Origin: an uncultured Acidobacteriota bacterium
GTDB taxonomy: Bacteria; Acidobacteriota; Thermoanaerobaculia; Gp7-AA8
DNA length: 64,000 bases
Direction: 5' to 3'
NCBI GenBank assembly: GCA_963741955.1
Contig: CAVUKB010000005.1
Span: forward strand, 32,001 to 96,000
The stretch's first letter is position 1; the number at the start of each line of letters is the position of its first letter. The position numbers and the translations under genes are program-made. This document shows, piece after piece, positions 9,253 through 18,753 of the stretch. The notes beneath the pieces were generated by a model. The model was not told where the DNA came from. It did no database searches and saw nothing but the letters and a program-made list of their open reading frames with translations.

Positions 9253-10047
9253 ATGAAGACGTTGCTCTCGAGAAACCTCGTCATTCCCGCCTCTCTGCTG
9301 ATCGTGGTCGCGTGCATGACCGTGCAGTCGCAGAGCCAGCGGCCACCCATTCCGACCAAAGTCGTCGTCCACGCTGTCGCGAACGATGCGAAGCTCATCG
9401 GGACCCATGTCGGCGGGGCGAAGATCACCATCCGGGACGATTCGACCGGGAAGATCCTCGCGGAGGGAATTCAGAAGGGCGAAACCGGAAGCACGAAGAA
9501 GATCATGGAGGAGCCACACGCGCGCGGCGCGGAGCTCTTCGATACCGGAGGGGCTGCCGCATTCGAGGCGACCCTCGCTCTCACCAGGCCGACCGTGGTG
9601 ACGGTGACCGCGGAAGGGCCGCTCGAACCGGCGTCCGCGACGGTGAGTGCGAGCAAGACGCTCCTGCTGGTTCCGGGTCAGGACGTCACCGGCGACGGCA
9701 TCGTGCTGGTGATTCATGGCCTGCGGGTGGAGATACTCGAGCCGGAGGGGGAGGACGTGGGGCGGGTGGGCGACGCGATCCCGGTCCGGGCCCGGCTCAC
9801 CATGACGTGTGGCTGTCCCATCGAGCCCGGAGGGCTGTGGGACGCGAACGAAATGACGGTCAAGGCGCGTCTGGTCCGGAAGGATCAAGTCATCAGTGAA
9901 GTGCTCATGCGCTACGCGGGGGAGAAGAGCACGTTCGAGGGGACGGTGCGGCCTCGCGAGAGCGGGACCTGGGATCTCCAGGTGCTCGGCTTCGACCCGA
10001 AGCACGCCAACTTCGGTCTCGCGCACACCACCATTCGCGTGCGCTAG
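9253..10047 (+). CDS. Secreted hypothetical protein with CGCP motif
   Basis: RBS GAGGAG; signal peptide; 'MTCGCPIEPGGLWD'. Confidence 0.8.
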   Translation: MKTLLSRNLVIPASLLIVVACMTVQSQSQRPPIPTKVVVHAVANDAKLIGTHVGGAKITIRDDSTGKILAEGIQKGETGSTKKIMEEPHARGAELFDTGGAAAFEATLALTRPTVVTVTAEGPLEPASATVSASKTLLLVPGQDVTGDGIVLVIHGLRVEILEPEGEDVGRVGDAIPVRARLTMTCGCPIEPGGLWDANEMTVKARLVRKDQVISEVLMRYAGEKSTFEGTVRPRESGTWDLQVLGFDPKHANFGLAHTTIRVR

Positions 10048-10121
10048 CGCAAGGTTCGCGGGCCCGGGATGATTGGCGTTTCACGAGAGCGGGTCAACGT
10101 CGAGAACCACTCGTTGGCAGC

Positions 10122-10823
10122 TCAGCGTGCCGGCGAAGCCCAGGAGATGAAGTTCGTCACGAACTTCCTGGAGAGCTCTTCGAGCATCGCGTCGCACGGC
10201 GCGACCTCGCGAATCAGTTCCTCGGCAGTCTTCCCGAACTCGGCGAGCTCGGCGGAGTAGACGCCTCCCCATTTCGCCGCATCCCTGCTCCCGATCTCCA
10301 GATGGAACTGCACCCCCGCGACGCGGCGAATGCCGAACATCTGGTTACGGCACTCCCGCCCCGTCGCCAGCAGTTCGGCCTCAGCCGGGATCCCGAACGT
10401 GTCGCCGTGCCACTGGAAGGCCGGGAACGACGGGGGAAAGCCGTCGAGGAGAGGATGCGTCGCTCCGGCGTCGGTTGCGGTGATCTCCGCGATGCCGATC
10501 TCCTTCCGCTCGGCCCGACGCACCTCTGCGCCGAGAATCCTCGCGAGGATCTGTCCTCCGAAGCAGATCCCGACGCACGGGGTGCCGGAGGCGATCGCGG
10601 AACGAAGCCAGCGCTCTTCCTCGACCAGAAACGGATGGTCGTCGATCGCGTACGCGGAGATCGGCGTTCCGCCGACGATCACCGCATCGATGGAGTCGAG
10701 CGCCGGCCAGGGGAGGCTTCGTTCGGCAGGAAAGATCTCGAATCGAGCGTTCGCTGATTCGAAGATCGATTCGAGAACGCCGAACCCTTCGGCTTCGCAG
10801 TTCTGAATCGCGAGGATGCGCAT
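10122..10823 (-). CDS. Class I glutamine amidotransferase
   Basis: 'GICFGGQ' nucleophile, 'FQWHGDTF', 'QFHLE' His-Glu. Confidence 0.9.
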   Translation of the reverse strand: MRILAIQNCEAEGFGVLESIFESANARFEIFPAERSLPWPALDSIDAVIVGGTPISAYAIDDHPFLVEEERWLRSAIASGTPCVGICFGGQILARILGAEVRRAERKEIGIAEITATDAGATHPLLDGFPPSFPAFQWHGDTFGIPAEAELLATGRECRNQMFGIRRVAGVQFHLEIGSRDAAKWGGVYSAELAEFGKTAEELIREVAPCDAMLEELSRKFVTNFISWASPAR

Positions 10824-10829
10824 CGGGGA

Positions 10830-11756
10830 TCAGCTCCGGTAACGGACGTCGATCACCTTCCGCACCATGTCCTTGGCCGCATCCGGGAGAGCCTGGACCC
10901 TGGCCAGGATTCCGTTGTACGCGGTCGACTCGCCGCCGTGCTTGAGGCACTCGGCGCAGCGCGGAAGTTCGGTCAGATCGCGGCGTTTGAATGCGTCCTG
11001 CATCGTCGCGAAACGTTCACCGTCGAAGATCTCCTGGAGCGACTGCGTCCTGAGGTCGCCGATGATCTGATCGCCGTGCGCGTCGTAGCAGCAGTGGGTC
11101 ACCCGCCCGTCCGCGAAGATCACCACCCAGGTGGTGAAGCCCTGAGTGCACCCGAAGAACTTTCCGTGGAGGTCGGTCTCTTCGTTCACGTCGAGTGCCT
11201 CGCAGGTCTTCTCGATCACTCGTGTATTCGAGTAGCTCTTCAGGTGGAAGAACTGGCGGAAGTCGTCGACCGATTCGTCGATGGTCAGACGCGAGCGCAT
11301 CTTCTGGATCTCGATGCGGATCGGCCGGTCCTTCGCCTGTTCGAGAAAAGCACGGGTCAGCTCGACCAGTTTCTCGAAGTCACCGCCGGTACGAAGTGCG
11401 GGATAGACTTCGGGATTGATCGAATCGACGCAGATGCGGAGACGTCGTAGTCCGGCGTCGAGAATCCGTCGCCCGATCTCCTCGGTGAGCAGGAGGCCGT
11501 TCGTCGAGAGGCTCGCCTCCGGGAAGAGGCGGATGGCGTCATCGATCCTCGAGTAGAGAAGCGGCTCGCCCATCTCGTGCAGCCATTTCAGGCGGAATCC
11601 GAGCGAGTGGATCTCGCGCTCGGCTTTCTCGACCAGCGGCCACTCCATATCCTCGTACGGACGGCGAAGAACCGGCAGCGGGCACATCCCGCACCTCAGG
11701 TTGCACTTCGAGGTCAGCTCGAGGCCGACTTTCATCCGTTTGGGGTTCAGCCGCAT
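10830..11756 (-). CDS. Radical SAM/SPASM(twitch) domain protein
   Basis: CNLRCGMC, 'GEPLL', C-terminal C...CC...CAEC. Confidence 0.9.
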   Translation of the reverse strand: MRLNPKRMKVGLELTSKCNLRCGMCPLPVLRRPYEDMEWPLVEKAEREIHSLGFRLKWLHEMGEPLLYSRIDDAIRLFPEASLSTNGLLLTEEIGRRILDAGLRRLRICVDSINPEVYPALRTGGDFEKLVELTRAFLEQAKDRPIRIEIQKMRSRLTIDESVDDFRQFFHLKSYSNTRVIEKTCEALDVNEETDLHGKFFGCTQGFTTWVVIFADGRVTHCCYDAHGDQIIGDLRTQSLQEIFDGERFATMQDAFKRRDLTELPRCAECLKHGGESTAYNGILARVQALPDAAKDMVRKVIDVRYRS

Positions 11757-11859
11757 GACAGGAGTCTCTCGTTTCGCCGCGCTCGAATCAACCGCGAGCG
11801 CCGCAGGAGCATTCCGGCGGGTGAAGTGGATCGCGGGTCCCACGGGTGAGTCGCGCGCA

Positions 11860-13300
11860 AGTCGGTCGCGGGAAAGTGGGTCGCGGGAAAGTGGGTCGCG
11901 CGTCCCGCGCGAGGCTCCCCGGCATCCTGCCGGGGAGCGATGGCATCAACGTCACGCGGATCGCTCCTCTCGTGATGTGGTCCGTTCGAGTCTCTCTTCT
12001 CGGGAGGATCGTCGTAACTTGCCCTGGGCAGGGCGGCGCGGGACGCCACCCTGCATAGTGGGTCGCGCGTCTCGCGCGAGGCTCCCCGGCATCCTGCCGG
12101 GGAGCGATGGCATCAACGCCACGCGGATCGCTCCTCTCGCGATGTGGTCCGTTCGAGTCTCTCTTCTCGGGAGGATCGTGGCAACTCGCCCGGGACAGGG
12201 TGGCGCGGGACGCCACCCTGCATCGGACGAGACGTCCAACCCACATGTGGGTTCCGGGAAAGTGGGTCGCGCATCCTGCGCGAGGCTCCCCGGCATCCTG
12301 CCGGGGAGCGATGGCCTCAACGCCACGCGGATCGCTCCTCTCGCGATGTGGTCCGTTCGAGTCTCTCTTCTCGGGAGGATCGTGGCAACTCGCCCGGGAC
12401 AGGGTGGCGCGGGACGCCACCCTGCATCGGACGAGACGTCCAACCCACATGTGGGTCGCGGGAAAGTGGGTCGCGCGTCCCGCGCGAGGCTCCCCGGCAT
12501 CCTGCCGGGGAGCGATGGCATCAACGTCACGCGGATCGCTCCTCTCGCGATGCAGTCCGTTCGAGTCTCTCTTCTCGGGAGGATCGTGGCAACTCGCCCG
12601 GGACAGGGTGGCGCGGGACGCCACCCTGCATAGTGGGTCGCGCATCCTGCGCGAGGCTCCCCGGCATCCTGCCGGGGAGCGATGGCATCAACGTCACGCG
12701 GATCGCTCCTCTCGCGATGTGGTCCGTTCGAGTCTCTCTTCTCGGGAGGATCGTGGCAACTCGCCCGGGACAGGGTGGCGCGGGACGCCACCCTGCATCG
12801 GACGAGACGTCCAACCCACTGGGCCACCCTGCATCGGACGAGACGTCCAACCCACAAGTGGGTTGCGGGAAAGTGGGTCGCGCGTCTCGCGCGAGGCTCC
12901 CCGGCATCCTGCCGGGGAGCGATGGCCTCAACGCCACGCGGATCGCTCCTCTCGCGATGTGGTGTGTTCGTGTCTCTCTTCTCGGGAGGATCGTGGCAAC
13001 TCGCCCGGGACAGGGTGGCGCGGGACGCCACCCTGCATCGGACGAGACGTCCAACCCACTGGGCCACCCTGCATCGGACGAGACGTCCAACCCACAAGTG
13101 GGTTGCGGGAAAGTGGGTCGCGCGTCCCGCGCGAGGCTCCCCGGCATCCTGCCGGGGAGCGATGGCATCAACGTCACGCGGATCGCTCCTCTCGCGATGT
13201 GGTCCGTTCGAGTCTCTCTTCTCGGGAGGATCGTCGTAACTCGCCCGGGACAGGGTGGCGCGGGACGCCACCCTGCATCGGACGAGACGTCCAACCCACC
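11860..13300. repeat. Tandem array of 7 REP/BIME-like composite units (167-240 bp), family 1
   Basis: Units start near 11891, 12058, 12262, 12467, 12634, 12873 and 13113; palindromes CTCCCCGGCATCCTGCCGGGGAG and CAGGGTGGCGCGGGACGCCACCCTG; GTGGG.../...CCCAC ends. Confidence 0.95.
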
Positions 13301-13344
13301 GGGCATCGGGCAGGAGGTCACCAGACCCACCAGACGACCGTCAG

Positions 13345-14529
13345 TCAGCGGCGGCTCTGACGCATCAGGAGGTCGATCTTGCTGGAGTAGTGGATCTTCA
13401 GGTTCGGCGTCGCGGCGACCTCCTCGGCGCGAGTCATCCACCTCTGAGCAGTGGTTACGTCGCCCTTCTGGAAGTAGCAGAGCGCCATCATGAAATCGAA
13501 CCGGTCTTCCCGCGGATGCTTTCGGATGGCGAACCGCAAGTGCCGGATCGCCTGATCGTACTCCCCCTCGACGTACGCGCGCCGCGCGAGCTCGTATCTG
13601 TAGTAGGGGTTCTGCTGTCGGTGATCGACCACTCTTTTCTGCAGGGCCGCCGCGCGGTCGAGGTCTCCCATAAGATCGTACAGGCGTGCGAGATCGCTCA
13701 TCGCCACGAGATCCGATGAGTTCACCTGGATCGCCTGAAGGTAGGCCGCCTCGGCGTACGCACGATCGCCGTAGCGGAGGTAGAGCGTTCCGAGGTTCGT
13801 CCAGGCAGGAGAATACCGTTCGCCGGAGCTCGTGACGGCTTTACGGAAGCAGTAAAGCGCGGTCGCGACATCTCCAGCCTGCATTCGCTCGACGCCGATG
13901 TTGTTGTAGTAGTGAGCGATCGCCCGCTGGTCCGAGATCCGGCGCATCGGGTACGTGCTGCGGAAGTCACTCATGTTGAAATCGACGACCCTTCTACCGT
14001 CCGACCCGAGATCCACGAAGACGTTCACGTGCTGGTTCAACACGAATGTGTCGCGGCTCATCGTCCAGTCGGGAGGGATGTCGACTTCCTGATACTGAAC
14101 GTCCAGGCCTTCGTAGCGAGCCATGGCGATGAACATCGTCGAGAAGGAAAGGCAATTTCCTTCGCGCACACGGAAGGTCTCGGACGCCGTGCGGGTCTTG
14201 TCGTCGTACCGGACGCCGAACGTTCCCGAGTCGATGATCGCCCAGACGAGCTGGCGAAGCCGCGGAGCTTCCGCCGCCCTCCGGTCGACGTGGGAATCGA
14301 GGAAGACCCTCATCTCGGGAGTCACTGCAAGCACTTCCTCCGGTGACGGGACCTCTGCCGCCGGCGTTGCCAGTCGAAGAGATGTCCCACGCAGGAGATC
14401 GTGAGTCGGAATTGCCGGCCTGCCGATCCACCCGGCGCCGCTGGAGCACGCGGTGAGGGGGAGAGTGATCAGCGAGAACCCCACGACGAATCGCGCGAGG
14501 CGTACGGCACGTCCGGCGATCTCGGACAT
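13345..14529 (-). CDS. TPR lipoprotein with transglutaminase-like N-terminal domain
   Basis: Lipobox 'LTAC'; 'GNCLSF', His and Asp downstream; C-terminal TPRs ('AWTNLG'); start codon uncertain. Confidence 0.8.
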   Translation of the reverse strand: MSEIAGRAVRLARFVVGFSLITLPLTACSSGAGWIGRPAIPTHDLLRGTSLRLATPAAEVPSPEEVLAVTPEMRVFLDSHVDRRAAEAPRLRQLVWAIIDSGTFGVRYDDKTRTASETFRVREGNCLSFSTMFIAMARYEGLDVQYQEVDIPPDWTMSRDTFVLNQHVNVFVDLGSDGRRVVDFNMSDFRSTYPMRRISDQRAIAHYYNNIGVERMQAGDVATALYCFRKAVTSSGERYSPAWTNLGTLYLRYGDRAYAEAAYLQAIQVNSSDLVAMSDLARLYDLMGDLDRAAALQKRVVDHRQQNPYYRYELARRAYVEGEYDQAIRHLRFAIRKHPREDRFDFMMALCYFQKGDVTTAQRWMTRAEEVAATPNLKIHYSSKIDLLMRQSRR

Positions 14530-14794
14530 GCTCGATCGAGACGTCAGTCGGGAGTTCTTCATCACTCGCGCCGTGACACCGTGGGAGAACGGTCGAACCA
14601 CGAACCGAGGATTGCCTCCTTGGAGCTGGTGAGCTCGTCCGCCGGCCGGGGGCCTTTTCCGGCCGGAGAGCGCTTCGAACCGCCGCGCGGCCGGAAGCGT
14701 CCTCCCACGTTCATCATAAGTCTGCGCTCTGCGTTCTGTCCGCTTGCGAACGAAACGGACACAGAAACGCAACCGTGACGGAGGAGAAGGAGGG

Positions 14795-15499
14795 TCAGTT
14801 AGGCCGGTACGGATCGTCTCGCCGGATCGCCTCGAAAACCGTGGCGACCACCCGGTTGCAGCGGGGGGCCTGAAAATCGAAAAGCTGATCGTACGTGAGT
14901 CCGCTCTCGGCGAAGAGGTGATCTCGTACCAGTCCGCGGGCCCGATGAAGCCGCGTTTTCACCACGTCTTCGCTCACGCCGAGGCATTCCGCGGTCTCGC
15001 CGGTGGAGAGCCCTTCGACCTCTCGAAGCATGAGAACGGAGCGGTAGTGCTCCGAGAGAGACTCGATCGCTTCCTCGAGCAGCTGTTTGACTTCGGTGGT
15101 CATCGCCTGGCGTTCCGGCCCGGGGAGCGGAGACTTGAACTGGCGCATGGGATCCTCCTCACTCTCCTCGGCCGACGCGTTCTCGAGCGGGTCGTGTCCA
15201 CGCCGGCGGATTCTGGCGAATGCTTCGTTCATCGCGATGCGGGTCATCCATGTTGAGAATTTCGCGCGCTCGCCGAACTGAGCGAGGTGAGTGAACGCAT
15301 TGATGTATGCCTGCTGCATCACGTCTTCGGCGTCGCTGTCATCGCGGAGGATCGCGCGTACAGTGCGGTAGATTCTCTGGTTGTACTTACGCATCAGTCG
15401 CTCGAAGAGCTCCGTCTCTCCGGCGAGCACGTGGCGGATGATCTCTTCGTCGCTCAATTCGTGGCGCCGGTCAGACGTGTTCGGTACGGTGTCGGGCAT
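14795..15499 (-). CDS. ECF sigma-70 factor with short Cys-containing C-terminal extension
   Basis: 'AEDVMQQAY', 'FSTWMTRIAMNEA', 'VKTRLHRAR', tail 'FDFQAPRCNRVV'; RBS AAAGGAG. Confidence 0.92.
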   Translation of the reverse strand: MPDTVPNTSDRRHELSDEEIIRHVLAGETELFERLMRKYNQRIYRTVRAILRDDSDAEDVMQQAYINAFTHLAQFGERAKFSTWMTRIAMNEAFARIRRRGHDPLENASAEESEEDPMRQFKSPLPGPERQAMTTEVKQLLEEAIESLSEHYRSVLMLREVEGLSTGETAECLGVSEDVVKTRLHRARGLVRDHLFAESGLTYDQLFDFQAPRCNRVVATVFEAIRRDDPYRPN

Positions 15500-15515
15500 G
15501 GTCGATCTCCTTTCA

Positions 15516-15546
15516 GATCAGAGTGAGGACGTTACGGAATGGTGAC
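15516..15546 (-). promoter_or_regulatory. Putative ECF promoter for the sigma gene (GTCACCATTC-N12-ACTCTGATC)
   Basis: Same two boxes as the + strand motif at 15703-15732; immediately upstream of the RBS. Confidence 0.7.
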
Positions 15547-15702
15547 AACCGTTTTCCGGCTGGGGTCGCTGTCGCGAGTACGCTCACCGTTCGATTCGTC
15601 TTCGCGATCCACGATTCACGATCCACGACCCCCAACAGCGCTTCCGCCTTTCAGAGTGGTAACGCCCGGACGGATGGGGACGGGGGTAGGATTTCCTACT
15701 CC

Positions 15703-15732
15703 GTCACCATTCTGCACCCGGCGACTCTGATC
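15703..15732 (+). promoter_or_regulatory. Putative ECF promoter for the DoxX operon (GTCACCATTC-N11-ACTCTGATC)
   Basis: Mirror copy of the motif upstream of the sigma gene; just upstream of RBS AAGGAGG. Confidence 0.7.
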
Positions 15733-15752
15733 CCGCAAAGGAGGTGGAGCAG

Positions 15753-16181
15753 ATGAATTCGAAGATCAATACGGTCTGGTGGGTTCTGCGGATCGGGCTC
15801 GGGCTCGCGCCGTTTCTCGCAGGGCTCGACAAATTCTTCAACATCCTCGCCGACTGGGACATGTACCTGAGTCCTCTGGCGACGAAGATCATTCCGATCT
15901 CTCCGCAGCTGTTCATGAGAATCGCCGGAGTGATCGAGATGGCCGTCGGGATCGCGGTCCTTGCAGGGCTGACGCGTCTCGGCGGCTACGTGGTGATGCT
16001 CTGGTTGATTGCGATCGCGATCAATCTTCTCACCACCGGGATGTTCTACGACATCGCGGTTCGTGACGTCGAGATGTCGTTGGGTGCGTTCGCGCTCGCG
16101 AAGCTCAGCGAGGTGCGCGCAGAATCACTCGGGAGGGTTCCGGAAGAGAGACGGGCGAGAGTGGGCGCTTCCGCCGCATGA
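15753..16181 (+). CDS. DoxX-family membrane protein
   Basis: 'AGLDKFFN', 'AGVIEMAVG', 'YDIAVRD'; about 4 TM helices. Confidence 0.8.
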   Translation: MNSKINTVWWVLRIGLGLAPFLAGLDKFFNILADWDMYLSPLATKIIPISPQLFMRIAGVIEMAVGIAVLAGLTRLGGYVVMLWLIAIAINLLTTGMFYDIAVRDVEMSLGAFALAKLSEVRAESLGRVPEERRARVGASAA

Positions 16182-16207
16182 TCGCTCGAAAACAGAGAGG
16201 AGGCATC

Positions 16208-16558
16208 ATGAAGAGATTTGCAGGAATGATCACGGTAGCCCTGGTTCTGGTGTTCAGTCCCATCGCTCTTTTCGCAGCGGACGCGACGTGGAAGAACGTT
16301 TCGATCGTCGACACGAACTGCCACGCGAAGTTCACGAAGAACGCCGACGCGCATACCCGCAGCTGTGCTTTGAAATGCGCGAAGAGCGGGTTCGGCGTCA
16401 TCACGCCGGACGGGAAGTTCCTTGCGTTCGACGCGAAGGGAAACGAGCTGGCGACTGCCGCGTTGAAGAGCTCGACGAAGAAGGACCACCTTCGGGCGAC
16501 GGTGGTCGGTGAGCAGAGCGGTGAGACGATCGCGGTGAAATCCCTGGTGCTCGACTGA
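16208..16558 (+). CDS. Small secreted Cys/His protein
   Basis: RBS GAGGAGG; signal peptide; 'DTNC...HTRSCALKC...SGFG'. Confidence 0.8.
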   Translation: MKRFAGMITVALVLVFSPIALFAADATWKNVSIVDTNCHAKFTKNADAHTRSCALKCAKSGFGVITPDGKFLAFDAKGNELATAALKSSTKKDHLRATVVGEQSGETIAVKSLVLD

Positions 16559-16624
16559 ACGATTCCGGCGGGGGCGCGCCGGCTGCCGGGCTGGTGCGTC
16601 CCCGTCAACTTCGGTTGTCGGTGG

Positions 16625-16870
16625 TCAGATCGCGGCAGGGGGAAGCGGAAGATGGACCGAGGGAAAGCGACGGAGACGCGCACGGACCTCGTTCGAGCCG
16701 ACGAGCCCCTGAAACACCATCTCCGGAGAGTCGGCGATCAGATCGTGGATGCGGTCGTCTACGAGAATGCTCCCGCGGAACTGGCGGCAGACGAGGCATC
16801 GCTCCATGAGCGTCTCGTCACCGTTGAACCAGTGATCGAACTGCAGCCATTCATGTTCACAAAGGCGCAT
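16625..16870 (-). CDS. Small hypothetical protein, possible Zn-binding (CEHEW...CLVC)
   Basis: 81 aa ORF after GGGAG; normal amino acid composition. Confidence 0.45.
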   Translation of the reverse strand: MRLCEHEWLQFDHWFNGDETLMERCLVCRQFRGSILVDDRIHDLIADSPEMVFQGLVGSNEVRARLRRFPSVHLPLPPAAI

Positions 16871-17086
16871 CAAATCCACTCCCGTTTCGTCACGGCACCT
16901 TCCCGCTCCATCCCAGAGTGGCGGCTGAGGGATTTTCGTTTCGGAGAGCGTACAACCTTTGCCTCCTCAACGGAATCACCCGTTTGGGTGATGACGACTC
17001 CTGCGTAAGGGAGTGACGCGCCTCTCTCCGATGAAATGTCGAGTCGGCGAATCTGTCCGAGACGTCATTTGCGGAATCGGAGAAAA

Positions 17087-17725
17087 ATGGCACAATACGT
17101 TGACAGGGGGACCATCTTGAACGACCGGCGTGTGCTGCTCGTCGACTCGGATCCCGTCCGCTCGGTGAATCTCGGGAAGGCGCTCACCGCGGAAGGCCTG
17201 GTTGTCGAACGAACGAAACCTCTCGAGGGGTGCTGCGATCGACTCGACAACGACAATTTTCGGGTCCTGATCGTCGATCCGATCGACACGGAGGAGGCGT
17301 CCAGCTTCCTCGAGTGCCTCGATCAGCGTCATCCCGAAATGCTGACCCGGTTGATCTTCATCGCAGATCCCGTGATCGGCCGGAACGTTCTTCTCGATCT
17401 CCTCAAGCGCAATATCTACGCGATCTTCTCTCTCCCATTCGAATTCAGCGAGCTCGGTGATGCGGCGCGCGACTGCGCCTCCAAGACCATTCGCGGCGGG
17501 ACGCGATGGTTTCGGGCGGATGCCGGGCTCGATCCCACCGACACTCCGAAGACGGGAGCCGACGAAGGCTGCGACCTCTGTGTAGCCGGATTCCACTCCA
17601 GGCGCGTCGGATGCGTCCGGGTGGGGGAGCACGAGTGTCTGACTTTTCTCGACGGCTTCGCTTCTTCTTACGAGCCAGGGGAGCCCGATCCGGACGAGAT
17701 CGGAGACGACCCGGATGTCGCTTGA
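17087..17725 (+). CDS. Atypical receiver-like protein with Cys/His-rich C-terminus
   Basis: 'RVLLVDSD', 'FRVLIVD', 'LPFEFSEL' (Lys absent); tail CDLC..H..C..HEC. Confidence 0.55.
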   Translation: MAQYVDRGTILNDRRVLLVDSDPVRSVNLGKALTAEGLVVERTKPLEGCCDRLDNDNFRVLIVDPIDTEEASSFLECLDQRHPEMLTRLIFIADPVIGRNVLLDLLKRNIYAIFSLPFEFSELGDAARDCASKTIRGGTRWFRADAGLDPTDTPKTGADEGCDLCVAGFHSRRVGCVRVGEHECLTFLDGFASSYEPGEPDPDEIGDDPDVA

Positions 17726-17769
17726 CCTCCGTCCCTCCTTTCGTTCAAAGTAGCCTTTCGGCTTCTCGT

Positions 17770-17844
17770 GCGGGGTTAGCTCAGCGGTAGAGCATCTGCC
17801 TTACACGCAGGGGGTCGGGGGTTCGAATCCCTCACCCCGCACCA
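17770..17844 (+). tRNA. tRNA-Val (anticodon TAC)
   Basis: GCGGGGT/ACCCCGC acceptor stem, D arm TAGCTCAGCGGTAGAGC, anticodon loop CTTACAC, GTTCGAATCC, encoded CCA. Confidence 0.97.
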
Positions 17845-18029
17845 CTTTCGAACCGCTCCATCGATCCGGCTCTCAGGCAGATACGGCCGTGTCTCCACGG
17901 AGTACGAATCCCGCCGCGCGGGATCCCTCGAGGATCGTGTTGTTCGCCATGTTCCGCGGGGCGTCAGCCGATACCGGGGAGCTCCGCGTCGCTTCTGCCG
18001 AGGATCCTGATGATGCTGCGGTCCGACCT

Positions 18030-18071
18030 CGTGCCGTGTTCCGCGCGGCGGATTACGAATCTGCACTCCAT
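18030..18071 (-). repeat. Dispersed REP-like copy related to 28708-28750 and the family 3 core
   Basis: Reverse complement ATGGAGTGCAGATTCGTAATCCGCCGCGCGGAACACGG resembles ATGGAATGCGGATTCGCAATCCGCCGCGTGGATCACGG at 28708. Confidence 0.55.
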
Positions 18072-18101
18072 CGGCGGCAAACGTCGATCGTGCCGAGAAT
18101 C

Positions 18102-18710
18102 CTACCGAGTCGCGGGTTCGGAGCTCGATGCGCCCGGGACCTTCTCGGCGACCTGTTGGGGAGCCGGAGCGGGTGGGGGCGTGAGCACGTATCGGATCAG
18201 AGTCTGCGGCCGTCCCCCTGTCTCCGCCACCTGCAGGATGACCTGCCTTCCGTTCGGATCGAGCGTATCTCCCGGAATGAAGGGATCCTGCATGGCCGGA
18301 TTCAACCGCACCTGAATGGTACGGAAGTGTTCATCCGAGTCAGGATACGGCGACGGGGGATCGTAGGCCCGGAACTGCGCGAGGTACGTGACGTAGTAGT
18401 GCCAGACCTGAGGAAACGAGTCGCTGGAGGAGAAGGTGTAGACCTGCGCCGCCGGGCCGAACCGGCGGTGGACTTCGATCTGGTCCTCACGGGTGAGGTC
18501 CGGATTGAACCGCGCTCCTTCGTAGATCGGGATGGCCGGACTGATCGAGGAGAGGGTCTGTTTCACTTCGACGGGCGTCGGTTGCGGGTTGGGGCTGGTC
18601 GCGTTCGGCATCTCGTGAGCGGAGCTCTCCTCGCCTCCGGTGCAGGCCGCTGGAATCACGGCCACCGCACCCAGGAGAAGCACACACGCCGCTCGCCTGA
18701 TCTGTGTCAT
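18102..18710 (-). CDS. Hypothetical lipoprotein
   Basis: Signal peptide with 'PAAC'; Pro-rich linker. Confidence 0.7.
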   Translation of the reverse strand: MTQIRRAACVLLLGAVAVIPAACTGGEESSAHEMPNATSPNPQPTPVEVKQTLSSISPAIPIYEGARFNPDLTREDQIEVHRRFGPAAQVYTFSSSDSFPQVWHYYVTYLAQFRAYDPPSPYPDSDEHFRTIQVRLNPAMQDPFIPGDTLDPNGRQVILQVAETGGRPQTLIRYVLTPPPAPAPQQVAEKVPGASSSEPATR

Positions 18711-18753
18711 ACCTGAGGAGAGAGCAATCGATGTGCCGCGTCGCGCGAAAGGT

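Noticed and set aside
11701-13493. Long ORFs in several frames across repeat family 1
   Set aside because: By-products of GC-rich tandem repeats; open in multiple frames on both strands, with no RBS or domain signal
17770-17844. tRNA-Val as integration site of a genomic island
   Set aside because: No integrase and no duplicated tRNA 3' end noticed in the window
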